This document shows, piece by piece, positions 9,709 through 21,419 of a DNA stretch of 64,000 nt. This DNA comes from a candidate division WOR-3 bacterium. Lineage in GTDB: Bacteria; Hydrothermota; Tepidihabitantia; Tepidihabitantales; Tepidihabitantaceae. The stretch lies in assembly GCA_965649295.1 (NCBI GenBank), contig CBFGKH010000001.1, forward strand, positions 96,001 to 160,000. Direction: 5' to 3'. The notes beneath the pieces are model-generated. The model had not been told where the DNA came from. It saw only the letters and a list, made by a program, of their open reading frames with translations, and searched no databases. The translations under genes were made by a program, and so were the position numbers. Position 1 is the first letter of the stretch; each line of letters begins with the position of its first letter.

Positions 9709-11307
9709 ATGGCAGACGAGCAGCAATCCCAAACACCGGGCGGCGAAGAATCGGGTGCGGCACTAGAACAACGCTACGGTGTGCCGTTCGTTGACCTGAC
9801 TAACTTCCGCGTCGATTCCGAAGTTCTCCAGATGTTTCCAGAACAATTCATGCGCCAGAATCATCTGATCCCGCTATTTCGCTCCGGCAACACGCTGGCA
9901 GTTGCATTCGCTGATCCTGGCAACATTTTCATCGTTGACGAAGTCCGTCGAATGACTGGGATGGACGTCGAACCGATGGTCTGCCGCGAGATCGACTGCA
10001 TTAATGCAATCAACCAGTACTACACGGCTCCTGAGCAACAGGACCTGCCCGATGAACCCGAGGTAACGAGCCTCGACGATCTCCCGGAAGAAGAAACAAC
10101 TGCCGCTGATGCTGAAGCAACATCCGCTCCACGCAAACTTGAAGAAGCAGCGTCCGAAGCCCCGGTTGTCCGTTGGGTGAACCAGATGATTATCCGCGCC
10201 GTCCGCGAGCGCGCCTCTGACATTCACATTGAACCGACGCGCGAAGGACTTACCGTCCGCTTCCGTATCGACGGTGTCCTTCACTCGATCGTCTCGCCTA
10301 AGAAAGCACTCCAGCTGGCCGTCGTTTCGCGTATCAAAATCATGTCGCGGATGAACATCGCCGAGAAGCGAATACCCCAGGACGGTCGCTACGGTGCTCT
10401 AGTCGATGGCCGCGAAATCGACTTCCGTGTCTCAACGTTCCCCACCACCTACGGCGAGACAGTCGTAATGCGTATCCTTGACCGGATGCGGCTACTCTCG
10501 CTCGACGAACTCGGTCTCATGGGTGACGCAGCGACACTGATGCGCGAGATGATTGCCAAACCTCACGGTGTGCTGCTCGTGACTGGCCCGACCGGTTCCG
10601 GCAAGTCCACAACCGTGTACGCCATCCTCGGCGAGATTCGGTCTGCTGATAAGAACATCATCACGATTGAAGACCCAGTCGAATACGATATGGACAAAAT
10701 CTGTCAGTCGCAGGTCAACGAGAAGGCCGGCTACACCTATCTCGTTGGGTTGAAACACATTCTGCGACAGGACCCGGACGTGATCATGATCGGTGAGATT
10801 CGTGACGGTGAGACCGCTGGTGTTGCGATCCGGGCTGCCCTCACCGGCCAGCTCGTCTTCTCGACCATTCACACGAATGACGCTCCTGGTACTATCACTC
10901 GTCTTATCGACATGGGTATCGAACCCTTCCTTGTCGCTTCGGCAACTGAAGGCACTGTTGCCCAGCGATTGGTTCGCAAAATCTGCCCCAAGTGCAAGGA
11001 GCCATTTGACCCGCCAGCCAAGCTGCTTGAGGAACTGGAGCTCCCGCCTGGAACCAAGTTCTATCGTGGCCGAGGCTGTGAACGTTGCCGCAACACCGGC
11101 TACACTGGTCGAATCGGCATCTTCGAAGTGCTGAAAATGAACGACCGTATCCGCGAACTCGTGGTCACCCGCCCACCGACATCAGCCATCCGGGCACTTG
11201 CTCGTGAGTACGGCATGAAAACCCTCTGGGAAGACGGCATCGCCAAAGTCGTGGCGGGAATAACGACTATCGAAGAAGTTATGGACGAGGCCGAGAAGGT
11301 CGACTAA
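9709..11307 (+). CDS. pilB: Type IV pilus / type II secretion assembly ATPase (PilB/GspE family)
   Basis: ASDIHIEP, Walker A GPTGSGKST, TIEDPVEY, LRQDPDVIMIGEIRD, CxxC...CxxC. Confidence 0.9.
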   Translation: MADEQQSQTPGGEESGAALEQRYGVPFVDLTNFRVDSEVLQMFPEQFMRQNHLIPLFRSGNTLAVAFADPGNIFIVDEVRRMTGMDVEPMVCREIDCINAINQYYTAPEQQDLPDEPEVTSLDDLPEEETTAADAEATSAPRKLEEAASEAPVVRWVNQMIIRAVRERASDIHIEPTREGLTVRFRIDGVLHSIVSPKKALQLAVVSRIKIMSRMNIAEKRIPQDGRYGALVDGREIDFRVSTFPTTYGETVVMRILDRMRLLSLDELGLMGDAATLMREMIAKPHGVLLVTGPTGSGKSTTVYAILGEIRSADKNIITIEDPVEYDMDKICQSQVNEKAGYTYLVGLKHILRQDPDVIMIGEIRDGETAGVAIRAALTGQLVFSTIHTNDAPGTITRLIDMGIEPFLVASATEGTVAQRLVRKICPKCKEPFDPPAKLLEELELPPGTKFYRGRGCERCRNTGYTGRIGIFEVLKMNDRIRELVVTRPPTSAIRALAREYGMKTLWEDGIAKVVAGITTIEEVMDEAEKVD

Positions 11308-11322
11308 AGGAGTTGCGAACCC

Positions 11323-12552
11323 ATGCCGATTTTCGCGTACAAGGTCAGAGACAAAGAAGGCAAGATCATCTCCGGAACGCTTGAGGGCACTGACGTCGCG
11401 AGCGTAACCGAGAAGCTCGACACGCTCGGCTATGTGCCCATAACCATCCGGGAGGAAAAGGCTGGTGCCGGTGGTGGTGGTTTCAACATCTCCCAGTACT
11501 TCGAGAAAGTAAAACCTGTCGATCTTATCAACTTCACTCGTCAGTTCGTCACATTGCACCGCGCTGGTCTTCCGCTACTCTCGGCCATCGGCGCTCTTCA
11601 GGGCCAGACCCGATCTAAACCACTAGCCAAGGCGCTCGACGCCATTCGCAAGGACCTGATGGGCGGAGCCTCCCTATCGGCCTCGATGGCCAAATACCCA
11701 CGCGTTTTCGGTGAACTCTACGTCAATTCGATCTGGGCCGGTGAAACTGGTGGTGTGCTCGACGACATCCTCGACCGGCTCTGCTCCCTGCTCGAACACG
11801 AACGCAAACTCAAGTCCGACGTCGGTTCGGCCCTACGCTATCCTGCCATCCTCGGCGTTGGTTTCGTCGTGGCCATCGTCGTCATGGCCGCGTTCGTTCT
11901 GCCGAAGTTCACAATGCTACTGACGACTGTCGGTGGCAAGATGCCGTTGCCCACCAAGATTCTAATCATGTTCACCGACTTCATGGCGAAGTTCTGGTAC
12001 GTGATTCTCCTCCTGCTAGCAGGCGTGGGCGTGCTCTTCTACGTCTTCGTTCGCACACCCGCGGGCAAACTCTGGTGGCACCGACTCCAGTTCCGCATCC
12101 CGATTTTCGGGCCGATTCTCTATAAAATGGCGCTCTCGCGCTTCGCTCGGATGTTCGAGACACTGGACCGTACCGGTCTACCCATCCTGCGCAGCCTAAG
12201 CCTAGTATCAAAGACCGTCGGCAACGTCTATATGGCTGGTGCCGTGGACCGGCTGGCTGAAAGTGTCCGGCGCGGCCGCGGACTCGCCGCGCCGATGCGG
12301 GAAATTGGTGTCTTTCCGCCCATGGTCATCCAGATGGTCGCCACTGGCGAGGAATCGGGTGCGCTTGACGACATGCTTCGCCAAGTCTCTGACTACTACG
12401 ACGCTGAAGTCGACTACGCCGTCAAGAATCTCACCGCGATGCTCGAACCGATCATTATCCTCTTCATGGGTGGCGCTGCCGTATTCCTGATTGTGGCAAT
12501 ACTGATGCCTTACATGGAAATCCTCAGCAGTTTCGGCGCATCAGGACACTAG
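11323..12552 (+). CDS. pilC: Type IV pilus / T2SS inner-membrane platform protein (PilC/GspF)
   Basis: FTRQFVTL..AGLPL, AGE.GG.LD, GEESG.LD.ML, LEP.II, three TM segments. Confidence 0.9.
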   Translation: MPIFAYKVRDKEGKIISGTLEGTDVASVTEKLDTLGYVPITIREEKAGAGGGGFNISQYFEKVKPVDLINFTRQFVTLHRAGLPLLSAIGALQGQTRSKPLAKALDAIRKDLMGGASLSASMAKYPRVFGELYVNSIWAGETGGVLDDILDRLCSLLEHERKLKSDVGSALRYPAILGVGFVVAIVVMAAFVLPKFTMLLTTVGGKMPLPTKILIMFTDFMAKFWYVILLLLAGVGVLFYVFVRTPAGKLWWHRLQFRIPIFGPILYKMALSRFARMFETLDRTGLPILRSLSLVSKTVGNVYMAGAVDRLAESVRRGRGLAAPMREIGVFPPMVIQMVATGEESGALDDMLRQVSDYYDAEVDYAVKNLTAMLEPIIILFMGGAAVFLIVAILMPYMEILSSFGASGH

Positions 12553-12570
12553 ACCCAACGTTCAGCAATC

Positions 12571-12607
12571 ATCCCGCCGCGGCGGCTGCCGCGGCGGGAT
12601 TCTTTCT
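12571..12607. terminator. Intrinsic terminator between convergent pilC and gyrB
   Basis: ATCCCGCCGCGGC-ggct-GCCGCGGCGGGAT followed by TCTTTCT. Confidence 0.8.
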
Positions 12608-12634
12608 GGCGCTTTCAAGCGAGAACAATCTCAC

Positions 12635-14557
<1,923 letters not shown>

Positions 14558-14603
14558 CTATCAAGTCTCGACTCCGCCCAGCCAGCTCGACTTGTCTGAA
14601 TTC

Positions 14604-14933
14604 TTACCCGAAATTCGGATTGCTTCCCGGCAGTATGAAACGAAAGCCACGAACCGCGGCACCACCAGTGCGAGCCTGGATACGACTTAGCAATTGGGGT
14701 GCCAAGTAGTCAAGCTGCGCCACCCAGGCCGGACTGTCAACAACGACTACCAGCCTGCCTTCCTCGATCGTCAGTGCTCGCGAGTGCCGAGCAATCGTTG
14801 GGCCAACCAGCTCTGGCCAGGCGCTGACAATCGGAGCCGCTGCAACTACTTCGGCAAGTCGCAGCTTCTTGACGACGCTGGGTAACACGTCACCTAATCG
14901 CCTAAACTTCAGTGATTTGGCCCGCTTCAACAC
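14604..14933 (-). CDS. DUF721/DciA family protein
   Basis: W.ELVG..IA.H, L.V.VDS.AW..QL pattern; lies between recF and gyrB; GTG 14933 after AAGGAG. Confidence 0.8.
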   Translation of the reverse strand: MLKRAKSLKFRRLGDVLPSVVKKLRLAEVVAAAPIVSAWPELVGPTIARHSRALTIEEGRLVVVVDSPAWVAQLDYLAPQLLSRIQARTGGAAVRGFRFILPGSNPNFG

Positions 14934-15954
14934 TGAACTCCTTCGTATCGCCTCGTCCCAGCGGTTCGAGCCGCCGCGCTGCAACATAAACAAACTGACC
15001 GCGCTGACTGACAAGGTCAAGTACCAATGCACTTCGGCTACTATCGAGTTCTGACGCCACCTCATCGAGCAAGAAGATCGGCCGGTGCCCGGCTCGATCA
15101 ATCAGCTCTGCCTCAGCCAACCGCAAAGCAATGCTGGCCAGCCGTTGCTCTCCGACTGATCCAAACCGACGCAGGTCCCTACCTCCACGGGTGATGGCAA
15201 TCTCGTCACGGTGCGGTCCAACCAACGTCATGCCCACCGCCAGCGAACGAGCCCGAGTACGCACGAGCTCGGCCTCAAAAGCCTGCCGATCAGCTTCGAC
15301 ACTGGGCCGGTATTCAACCGTCAACTCATGACCAAGCAAGTCTCGGCCAAACCTTCTGACACCAGCCAGCAGCTCTGGTACGACCTTACCGCGCCGCTGC
15401 CACATCGCCAAACCAGTGCGCACGAGCTCCTCATCCCAGGGTCGTAGCAATTCATCCCTCACTGACTGCTGCAGCAACCGATTGCGCTGCGCTAGCACCC
15501 TGCGGTAGGCAGTAACCAGACTAATGTAACCACGGTCGAGCTTGGCGATTGCCATATCGAGGAAGTTCCGACGCAGACTGGGCGCGCCGCGGACAAGCTC
15601 AATGTCGTCGAGCGCCAACACTACTACCGGCAGCCAGCCGAAGTAGTCCGATAATCTCTCCAACAATCGGCCGCCGAGCAGAAGCCGCTTCTCTCGTCGG
15701 TCGAACCTGACCTCAGCTTCAAGACCAGCATCATCCCTGCCAGCGACCAACAGCATATCACCACCAAAACCAATCAAGTCTGGCTCGCTACAACGACGGA
15801 AAGAACGCCCGACCGCTAGATAGTGAATCGCTTCGAGCAGGTTGGTCTTGCCGGCTCCGTTTGGGCCGAAGACGAAGTTGGCTCCGGCCGCAAGGTTGAT
15901 CGTCTGACTGACAAGATTGCGAAAGCCACGGACCGATAGGACTGCCAGCGCCAT
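14902..15954 (-). CDS. recF: DNA replication/repair protein RecF
   Basis: FRNL, GPNGAGKTNLLEAI, GPHRDE, S.GEQR, LLDEVASELD. Confidence 0.94.
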   Translation of the reverse strand: MALAVLSVRGFRNLVSQTINLAAGANFVFGPNGAGKTNLLEAIHYLAVGRSFRRCSEPDLIGFGGDMLLVAGRDDAGLEAEVRFDRREKRLLLGGRLLERLSDYFGWLPVVVLALDDIELVRGAPSLRRNFLDMAIAKLDRGYISLVTAYRRVLAQRNRLLQQSVRDELLRPWDEELVRTGLAMWQRRGKVVPELLAGVRRFGRDLLGHELTVEYRPSVEADRQAFEAELVRTRARSLAVGMTLVGPHRDEIAITRGGRDLRRFGSVGEQRLASIALRLAEAELIDRAGHRPIFLLDEVASELDSSRSALVLDLVSQRGQFVYVAARRLEPLGRGDTKEFSVEAGQITEV

Positions 15955-15996
15955 GGGGCAATCTAGAAGAAAACCTGCTATCGGTCAAGCCGGCAG

Positions 15997-16031
15997 AAAA
16001 GCAGAGGCGACGGTCGGACCGCCGCCTCTGC
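15997..16031 (-). terminator. Intrinsic terminator after the Kelch/CARDB gene
   Basis: GCAGAGGCG...CGCCTCTGC stem with a U-tail on the minus strand. Confidence 0.7.
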
Positions 16032-16049
16032 CATCAACCGATTCGTCTG

Positions 16050-19000
16050 TTACTCGATTGCCAGCTTCTGAGTCGAACTGAACCGGTCGGCACTGAACCG
16101 AACCAGATAGACACCGGCTGACAGGCCGCCCAGGTCCAGTCTCGCTGTCCCGGTACGGCCGACAGCCAGCGACTGCTTGACCAACAACCGGCCCGCAACA
16201 TCATGGACAGCAACGTTCAGGACCCCAGCGCTAGGCAGTGAATACTGAACAATCGCAGCCTGACGGTTCAGGGGACTCGGCCCAATCCGAGCAAACAGAA
16301 CCCCAGCCGGTGCTAGCTTTCCAGCGACACCACCACCCTTCGGAACAGAAGCCATCAACGACGATACTGGTCGGACATAGCGCCAGAACTCAGTGGTCTT
16401 GTTGCCTTTTAGGGCGAAGAACACAGAGTCAGCCCAGGCAACAATGTCACCACCAGACTTGACCTTCTTCTTACGTCCGCCAGTTCCAACTTGTGGCATC
16501 GTCTCTAGTGGCGTCCAGCTATCTCCATTAGCGTGATAGCGCCAGAACTCCTGGGTATTGGCTCCCTTCAAGGCGTAGATGCCGCCTGGGCCCCAGGCAC
16601 CGCAGCTGCCGTCTCCGGGTTTGGAGCGCCGACCGGTTATCGGGCTAGTAAGCGGCATACCCCGCAATGCAGTTACGCTCCAGCCAAGGGTAACGTCGTA
16701 AGCGTAAAGTTCGCCAAACTTCGCCCGGTGGGCGTAGATTGTCCGGTCGTTGTCATAGACAAGGAACGACCCCTTGTCCCACTTCGCGTCGGTTCCGCCC
16801 GGTGCCGACGGTAGCACCTGCCACTGACCAGAAACCGTGTTGTAACGGTAGAACTCGTTGCGACCACCCTTGAGTAGATAGACGTAACTCGAATCACCCT
16901 GAGCAACATAGACCATGTCGGTGCCGCCCTTGATACGTTGGCGGCGTGGTCCGGCCGGCACTGTCTCCAGCGGGGTCCATGTGTTACTCCCGATATCGAA
17001 CTTGTAGAACTCCAGGGTATTGTTTCCCTTCACGGCATAGATTGTCCCGTTGCCGTCGCTGCAACCGACGCCACCCTTGCCGGGAAGCTTACTTCCGGTT
17101 GGAACCGGCATGCCCCGCAGGTCATGCCAGGTGTCAGCCAACGGATCATATGAGTAGAAGTCCCGGGTCTTGTTGCCCTTGGCCGCGTAGATGATACCAT
17201 TGTCAATTGCGAGCCAGCCGCCTTCTTTCACCGGCCGTACCGAAGGCAAGAGCCGCACTTCTCGCGCCCGACTCCAGCCTGTCGGCCATGGCTGCTGCTG
17301 GGGCGGTGCGTAGATCCGGAAGGATTCGGTTAGCGTGTCGTTCTCGCGATTGCCGTCGCCAACCATAAACGTCGAACAGCGCACAGCATAGTTACCGACC
17401 GGATGCGGCCCAGGCCAGGGAGCAAACTGCAGCTGACGCGGTGCCCCCTGCGGCAGGTTGATGACCGTAGCCGTGTCAGTATAGACAAGCCCGGCACCTT
17501 CGTCGCGAATGCCCACCCAGACACGGAACGTGGCAGGCAGTTGGCCGTAGTTCTGGACCGCTACTGTCGGCACAATCGTCGCGGTCGAGTCAACGCTGTC
17601 AGTCGGAGCAACGATTGCCACAACACCAACGTCGAGCACTGACGGCGGAATTACCCGTGTCGAGCCATAGACGGTGTCGTTCTGTCGATGGGTGTCGCCT
17701 GGCAGCGTCGTGAATGCCCACAACTGATGGATACCCTGATTGCGCGCGGTCCAAGCTGAATCGAATCGCACCTGCAGACTTTCACCGGCATTGATGCTCA
17801 CCTGTCTGGTCAGAACGAAGTTCATTGGGTTGTCCTGAATCACGAATGTCAGGTTACAGACTTCATTCGTAGTCCCATAGTTTCGCACCTTGACCTCTGG
17901 TCGCACCTGGGTGAACTCGCGAATTGACTCGCGCGGCGCGACAATCTCGAATGCGCCGACGTCAATGAAGTCAGGCGGCCGCACTGTGAAGGTCCCTCGT
18001 GCCGTATCATTGCCCGGATGCGGGTCCTCTGGCATTATCGTGAAGGCAGCACAGCTGTAGTCGCCAGCTGGGCTAGCAGTGAAGCGCCTTGTGAAGTTCA
18101 CTACCAGACTGTCGCCCGGCGGAACGACAACGCCGGTGTGGGTCGTATCATAGACGATACTACCACCCGAGTTGCGAATCTGGAACCGGACGTTGCAAGT
18201 TCCACCCAACGTCCCGTAGTCCCGTATCCGTACTGCTGGCTGCACCTGAGTGTCCTGAACAATAACGCCGGTCGGTGCAAGAACCTGCGTAGCACCGACA
18301 TCGTAGAGGTTAACACGGGTCGAGCCCCAGGCCGTGTCGTTACCCGGCACCTGGTCGCCGACGAGTTCGGTCCAGCAAGCAGTTGTGAACGAACCGGAAT
18401 CGGTCGTCCAGCTCGCGAAAGTCACATTGGTCTCACTTCGCGCCCCAAGCGTTGCCACCACGGTGCTATCCCGATACACTGTCGCTGCACCACGTCGGAT
18501 GAGAAACTTCACCATCAAATTTGAGGTCTGCTGGTTGCCGTGGTTGCGAACTGTTGCGGTCGGCGTCACAACTACGCCATAACCAACATTGCTGCCTGGC
18601 TGAAGGATGGCCGTTGCACCGGCATCGGTGTATCGGACATAGAACGGCGTACCGCTCAACGTGTCGTTGGTCGGGTCAAGATCGAGCTGGAAGTTACGGA
18701 CTGAACACCGCGGCGTGTAGGTTGTGTTCAGCGGCCCGGGCTGAGCAATCCAGGTTGGGAAAACAAGCAACGATTCACGGCCCCGCAAAATCACGATCGA
18801 ATCAATGGTATGACTGTACACAAGCTGCCCGTTCTGGTCACGGAGAGTGAAAGTCACGCGCGCCGTATCACGAGCATAGGTACTGAAAGACCGCAGAATT
18901 GCCCTCGGGGTAATGGCTGTGCCCGAATCATAGACTGCCAAGACTGGCTCCACGATTGAGTCGATCCCCAGGTTGTGGGTCGCAAAGCCTTCCCGCACCT

Positions 19001-20570
19001 TGGCCCGAATCAGCATATCCTCGGTCTCAACCGAACGTTGTGGTGCCCAGTCACCGGTCCATTCCCAGCCTTGGCGCGAGAAAGGACTGGTTCGATCCAC
19101 CCCGATGCTGGGTGATGACCCGAAGGTCTTGTACCCAACGTAGAATGCACCTGACTGGATGCTGATCGAATCAAGACTGATGTCCAGTGCCTTCCAGCCG
19201 GTACCTGGGTCTGGAATCCAGTAGATACTGTCCAGAACCGGACCTGGCCGGTTGTTATTGTCACCATAGATGAAGACGTTAACCGGCGCGACGCTGCCGA
19301 AATAGAAGTACAGGCTTTCTATCCATACCGGGTAACGTGGCGGTTCGAACTTCATCGCATACCCATGGGTATCAGCAAGAGATATCGAACCACTGATTTG
19401 TCGGTCGAAACGGAGAATCGTTGGCAGCGCGTAATCGACCACCATAATCTCTACCAGCACAGAGTCGTTGGCACGATACTGGTCACCCGGGTAGTCAACC
19501 TTGACTTTCAGGGTGAATGTTCCCGTATCGCCGAGCTGCGGTGTCCAGGTGCCGAAGTCAACATAGTAGTTCTCGCCGACGGTCAACGACGGAATCGTCG
19601 TTGAGTTGAACCAGACAGTCGTACCAGTCTGCTTCTTAATCTCGCCGGTCACTTCTACCTGCCCGACCGGATCAGTGCTGGCATTCTTCACCCAAAGCCA
19701 GATTGGCCGAGGCAGCCCACCAAACTGATAGGTCATGAAAAAGCCACCCGAGTTCCAGGACATCGCGTTGCGAACCATCACATCAGTGAACGAGTAAGTC
19801 CGTGTCTGGGGCGGGATGAACCGAACCGCCAGTCCGGCATGAGGAGCATTCATCGCCTGCCCTGGATTCGACCCGTAAAAGTAACTCAGCCCAACCAAAC
19901 CGGTCACATTCTCGATGCCGATTGTCCCGTTATTACCCCAGCCATTGCGCGGCGTGCCGCTCTGTTCCTTGTATTGAAAAGTTATGGTGCTGTCCGGCTT
20001 GGATAGGATAATCTGAAAGGTGTTGTTGCCACCCGCGCTCCAAAACGGAACACTCTCACACTGCATTACGAAAGTGTCGCGGGCCGGGTTAGTCCATATC
20101 CAGCACCCCTTGTTGCCATAAAGACCGGTGAAGTCGAGGTCACAGAGCAAGGCCGCGATCATGTCATTGGGGCGCCGACTGTCAGGGACGTTAGGGAAAG
20201 GATGAGATTCGTTGTATTGATCCTCGAAAGCGATATAGCCGTTCGAGCCGATATAGAACTGACTGTAGCGCAACCAGTAGAACGGGAACTCAAACCCAAG
20301 CGAGAATGGTCCAACGACGTTGTCGTCCACCAACCCGGTTACGCGCTGCGCACCGGGCAGGAGACGGATATCAATCCAGTTGAATTCCGGCCGGCCTGGC
20401 ACTCCGGGTGTCGTGTCGCTATCAACATAGGTGTAGCCCCACGGATCAGGTCCGCCGTCAGTGATAGGGAAAATCTCTGGCTTTGTCGGTTGAAACCCAG
20501 TCTCGATTGATGCGGCTGCCAGACTCGCTGTCACCAGCAGGCAGCCCAGGAAAAGGACTCTGCGGTACAC
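16050..20570 (-). CDS. Large secreted protein: N-terminal GGPD domain, about 6 CARDB/Ig-like repeats, Kelch-like beta-propeller, T9SS-type C-terminal domain
   Basis: Signal peptide; repeats DVGxxxIxAP...VxNYG...D....NDT; repeats IYAxKGNxTxEFxxY; LSAGVYLVRF...KLAIE; GTG 20570 after GGGAGG. Confidence 0.8.
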   Translation of the reverse strand: MYRRVLFLGCLLVTASLAAASIETGFQPTKPEIFPITDGGPDPWGYTYVDSDTTPGVPGRPEFNWIDIRLLPGAQRVTGLVDDNVVGPFSLGFEFPFYWLRYSQFYIGSNGYIAFEDQYNESHPFPNVPDSRRPNDMIAALLCDLDFTGLYGNKGCWIWTNPARDTFVMQCESVPFWSAGGNNTFQIILSKPDSTITFQYKEQSGTPRNGWGNNGTIGIENVTGLVGLSYFYGSNPGQAMNAPHAGLAVRFIPPQTRTYSFTDVMVRNAMSWNSGGFFMTYQFGGLPRPIWLWVKNASTDPVGQVEVTGEIKKQTGTTVWFNSTTIPSLTVGENYYVDFGTWTPQLGDTGTFTLKVKVDYPGDQYRANDSVLVEIMVVDYALPTILRFDRQISGSISLADTHGYAMKFEPPRYPVWIESLYFYFGSVAPVNVFIYGDNNNRPGPVLDSIYWIPDPGTGWKALDISLDSISIQSGAFYVGYKTFGSSPSIGVDRTSPFSRQGWEWTGDWAPQRSVETEDMLIRAKVREGFATHNLGIDSIVEPVLAVYDSGTAITPRAILRSFSTYARDTARVTFTLRDQNGQLVYSHTIDSIVILRGRESLLVFPTWIAQPGPLNTTYTPRCSVRNFQLDLDPTNDTLSGTPFYVRYTDAGATAILQPGSNVGYGVVVTPTATVRNHGNQQTSNLMVKFLIRRGAATVYRDSTVVATLGARSETNVTFASWTTDSGSFTTACWTELVGDQVPGNDTAWGSTRVNLYDVGATQVLAPTGVIVQDTQVQPAVRIRDYGTLGGTCNVRFQIRNSGGSIVYDTTHTGVVVPPGDSLVVNFTRRFTASPAGDYSCAAFTIMPEDPHPGNDTARGTFTVRPPDFIDVGAFEIVAPRESIREFTQVRPEVKVRNYGTTNEVCNLTFVIQDNPMNFVLTRQVSINAGESLQVRFDSAWTARNQGIHQLWAFTTLPGDTHRQNDTVYGSTRVIPPSVLDVGVVAIVAPTDSVDSTATIVPTVAVQNYGQLPATFRVWVGIRDEGAGLVYTDTATVINLPQGAPRQLQFAPWPGPHPVGNYAVRCSTFMVGDGNRENDTLTESFRIYAPPQQQPWPTGWSRAREVRLLPSVRPVKEGGWLAIDNGIIYAAKGNKTRDFYSYDPLADTWHDLRGMPVPTGSKLPGKGGVGCSDGNGTIYAVKGNNTLEFYKFDIGSNTWTPLETVPAGPRRQRIKGGTDMVYVAQGDSSYVYLLKGGRNEFYRYNTVSGQWQVLPSAPGGTDAKWDKGSFLVYDNDRTIYAHRAKFGELYAYDVTLGWSVTALRGMPLTSPITGRRSKPGDGSCGAWGPGGIYALKGANTQEFWRYHANGDSWTPLETMPQVGTGGRKKKVKSGGDIVAWADSVFFALKGNKTTEFWRYVRPVSSLMASVPKGGGVAGKLAPAGVLFARIGPSPLNRQAAIVQYSLPSAGVLNVAVHDVAGRLLVKQSLAVGRTGTARLDLGGLSAGVYLVRFSADRFSSTQKLAIE

Positions 20571-20778
20571 GTTACCTCCCTCAACTAACACTTAGTCGCT
20601 CACTAACCTCGGCTACGGGTGCCACTGCACCCGCTACTGACCGTCTGCGTCTCATCAGCCTGCCAGTAAGGTGCCACCCGCCCCCGCAGCTTGAATAATT
20701 CTACCAGCAATGTCCCAATTGTCAACAATGCCAAACGACATACCTATCGTTAGTTATCGCGACCGAACCGAGATTAGT

Positions 20779-21417
20779 TCAGTGAAAGGCGAAGTAGTAG
20801 AGGATGTTGATGCCCATCCGGAATGCCTGTTCGCGCACTTCCGGCGGGTCCTTGTGAGCAGCGGTCCAGCCGTCGCTCACATTACTGTTGTAGGTGTAGT
20901 AAACCACCATCCTACCGCCAAGATACATCCCAAAACCACGAGGCGGACCCTCGTAATGTTCATGAATCTTGGGCGGGCCGGCAGGAAATCGATAGGGCTC
21001 CTGGTAGATTGGATGGTCAAAAGGAAGCTCGACCAGCTCGCTATTGGGCAACACCTTACGAATCTCCCGGCGAAACGACTCGTCGAGACCATAGTCATCG
21101 TCAACGTAAAGGAAGCCGCCAGCCTCAAGAAACCGCCGCAGCCTGATCACCTCCGCATCTGAGAACGAAACATTGCCGTGTCCGGTCATGAACAGAAACG
21201 GGTACTCAAAGAGCCGATCATCGAGCAGGCTGACCTGTGCTTCCTCAGTCGCCAACCGCATTGTGCTCCGCCGATTTACCTCCAGAGCGAGATTGGGAAT
21301 AGCATCCTGATCATTATACCAGTCACCACCACCCGAATACTTTAGCCGCGCAATCTGCCACTGTCCCCAAGCTGTGCCTGTCAGTGCTAAGAGCAGCAAG
21401 CCGTCAATCAGCCGCAG
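20779..21417 (-). CDS. DUF4159 domain-containing protein (secreted)
   Basis: ARLKY.GGGDWY, YPFLFMTGHG, GGFL.VDD.YG, PKIHEH, AFRMGINI. Start uncertain (TTG 21399 or CTG 21417). Confidence 0.8.
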   Translation of the reverse strand: MRLIDGLLLLALTGTAWGQWQIARLKYSGGGDWYNDQDAIPNLALEVNRRSTMRLATEEAQVSLLDDRLFEYPFLFMTGHGNVSFSDAEVIRLRRFLEAGGFLYVDDDYGLDESFRREIRKVLPNSELVELPFDHPIYQEPYRFPAGPPKIHEHYEGPPRGFGMYLGGRMVVYYTYNSNVSDGWTAAHKDPPEVREQAFRMGINILYYFAFH

Positions 21418-21419
21418 AA

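Noticed and set aside
20645..20660. CTGATGAG on the minus strand resembling a hammerhead ribozyme core
   Set aside because: No downstream GAAA core element or matching stems
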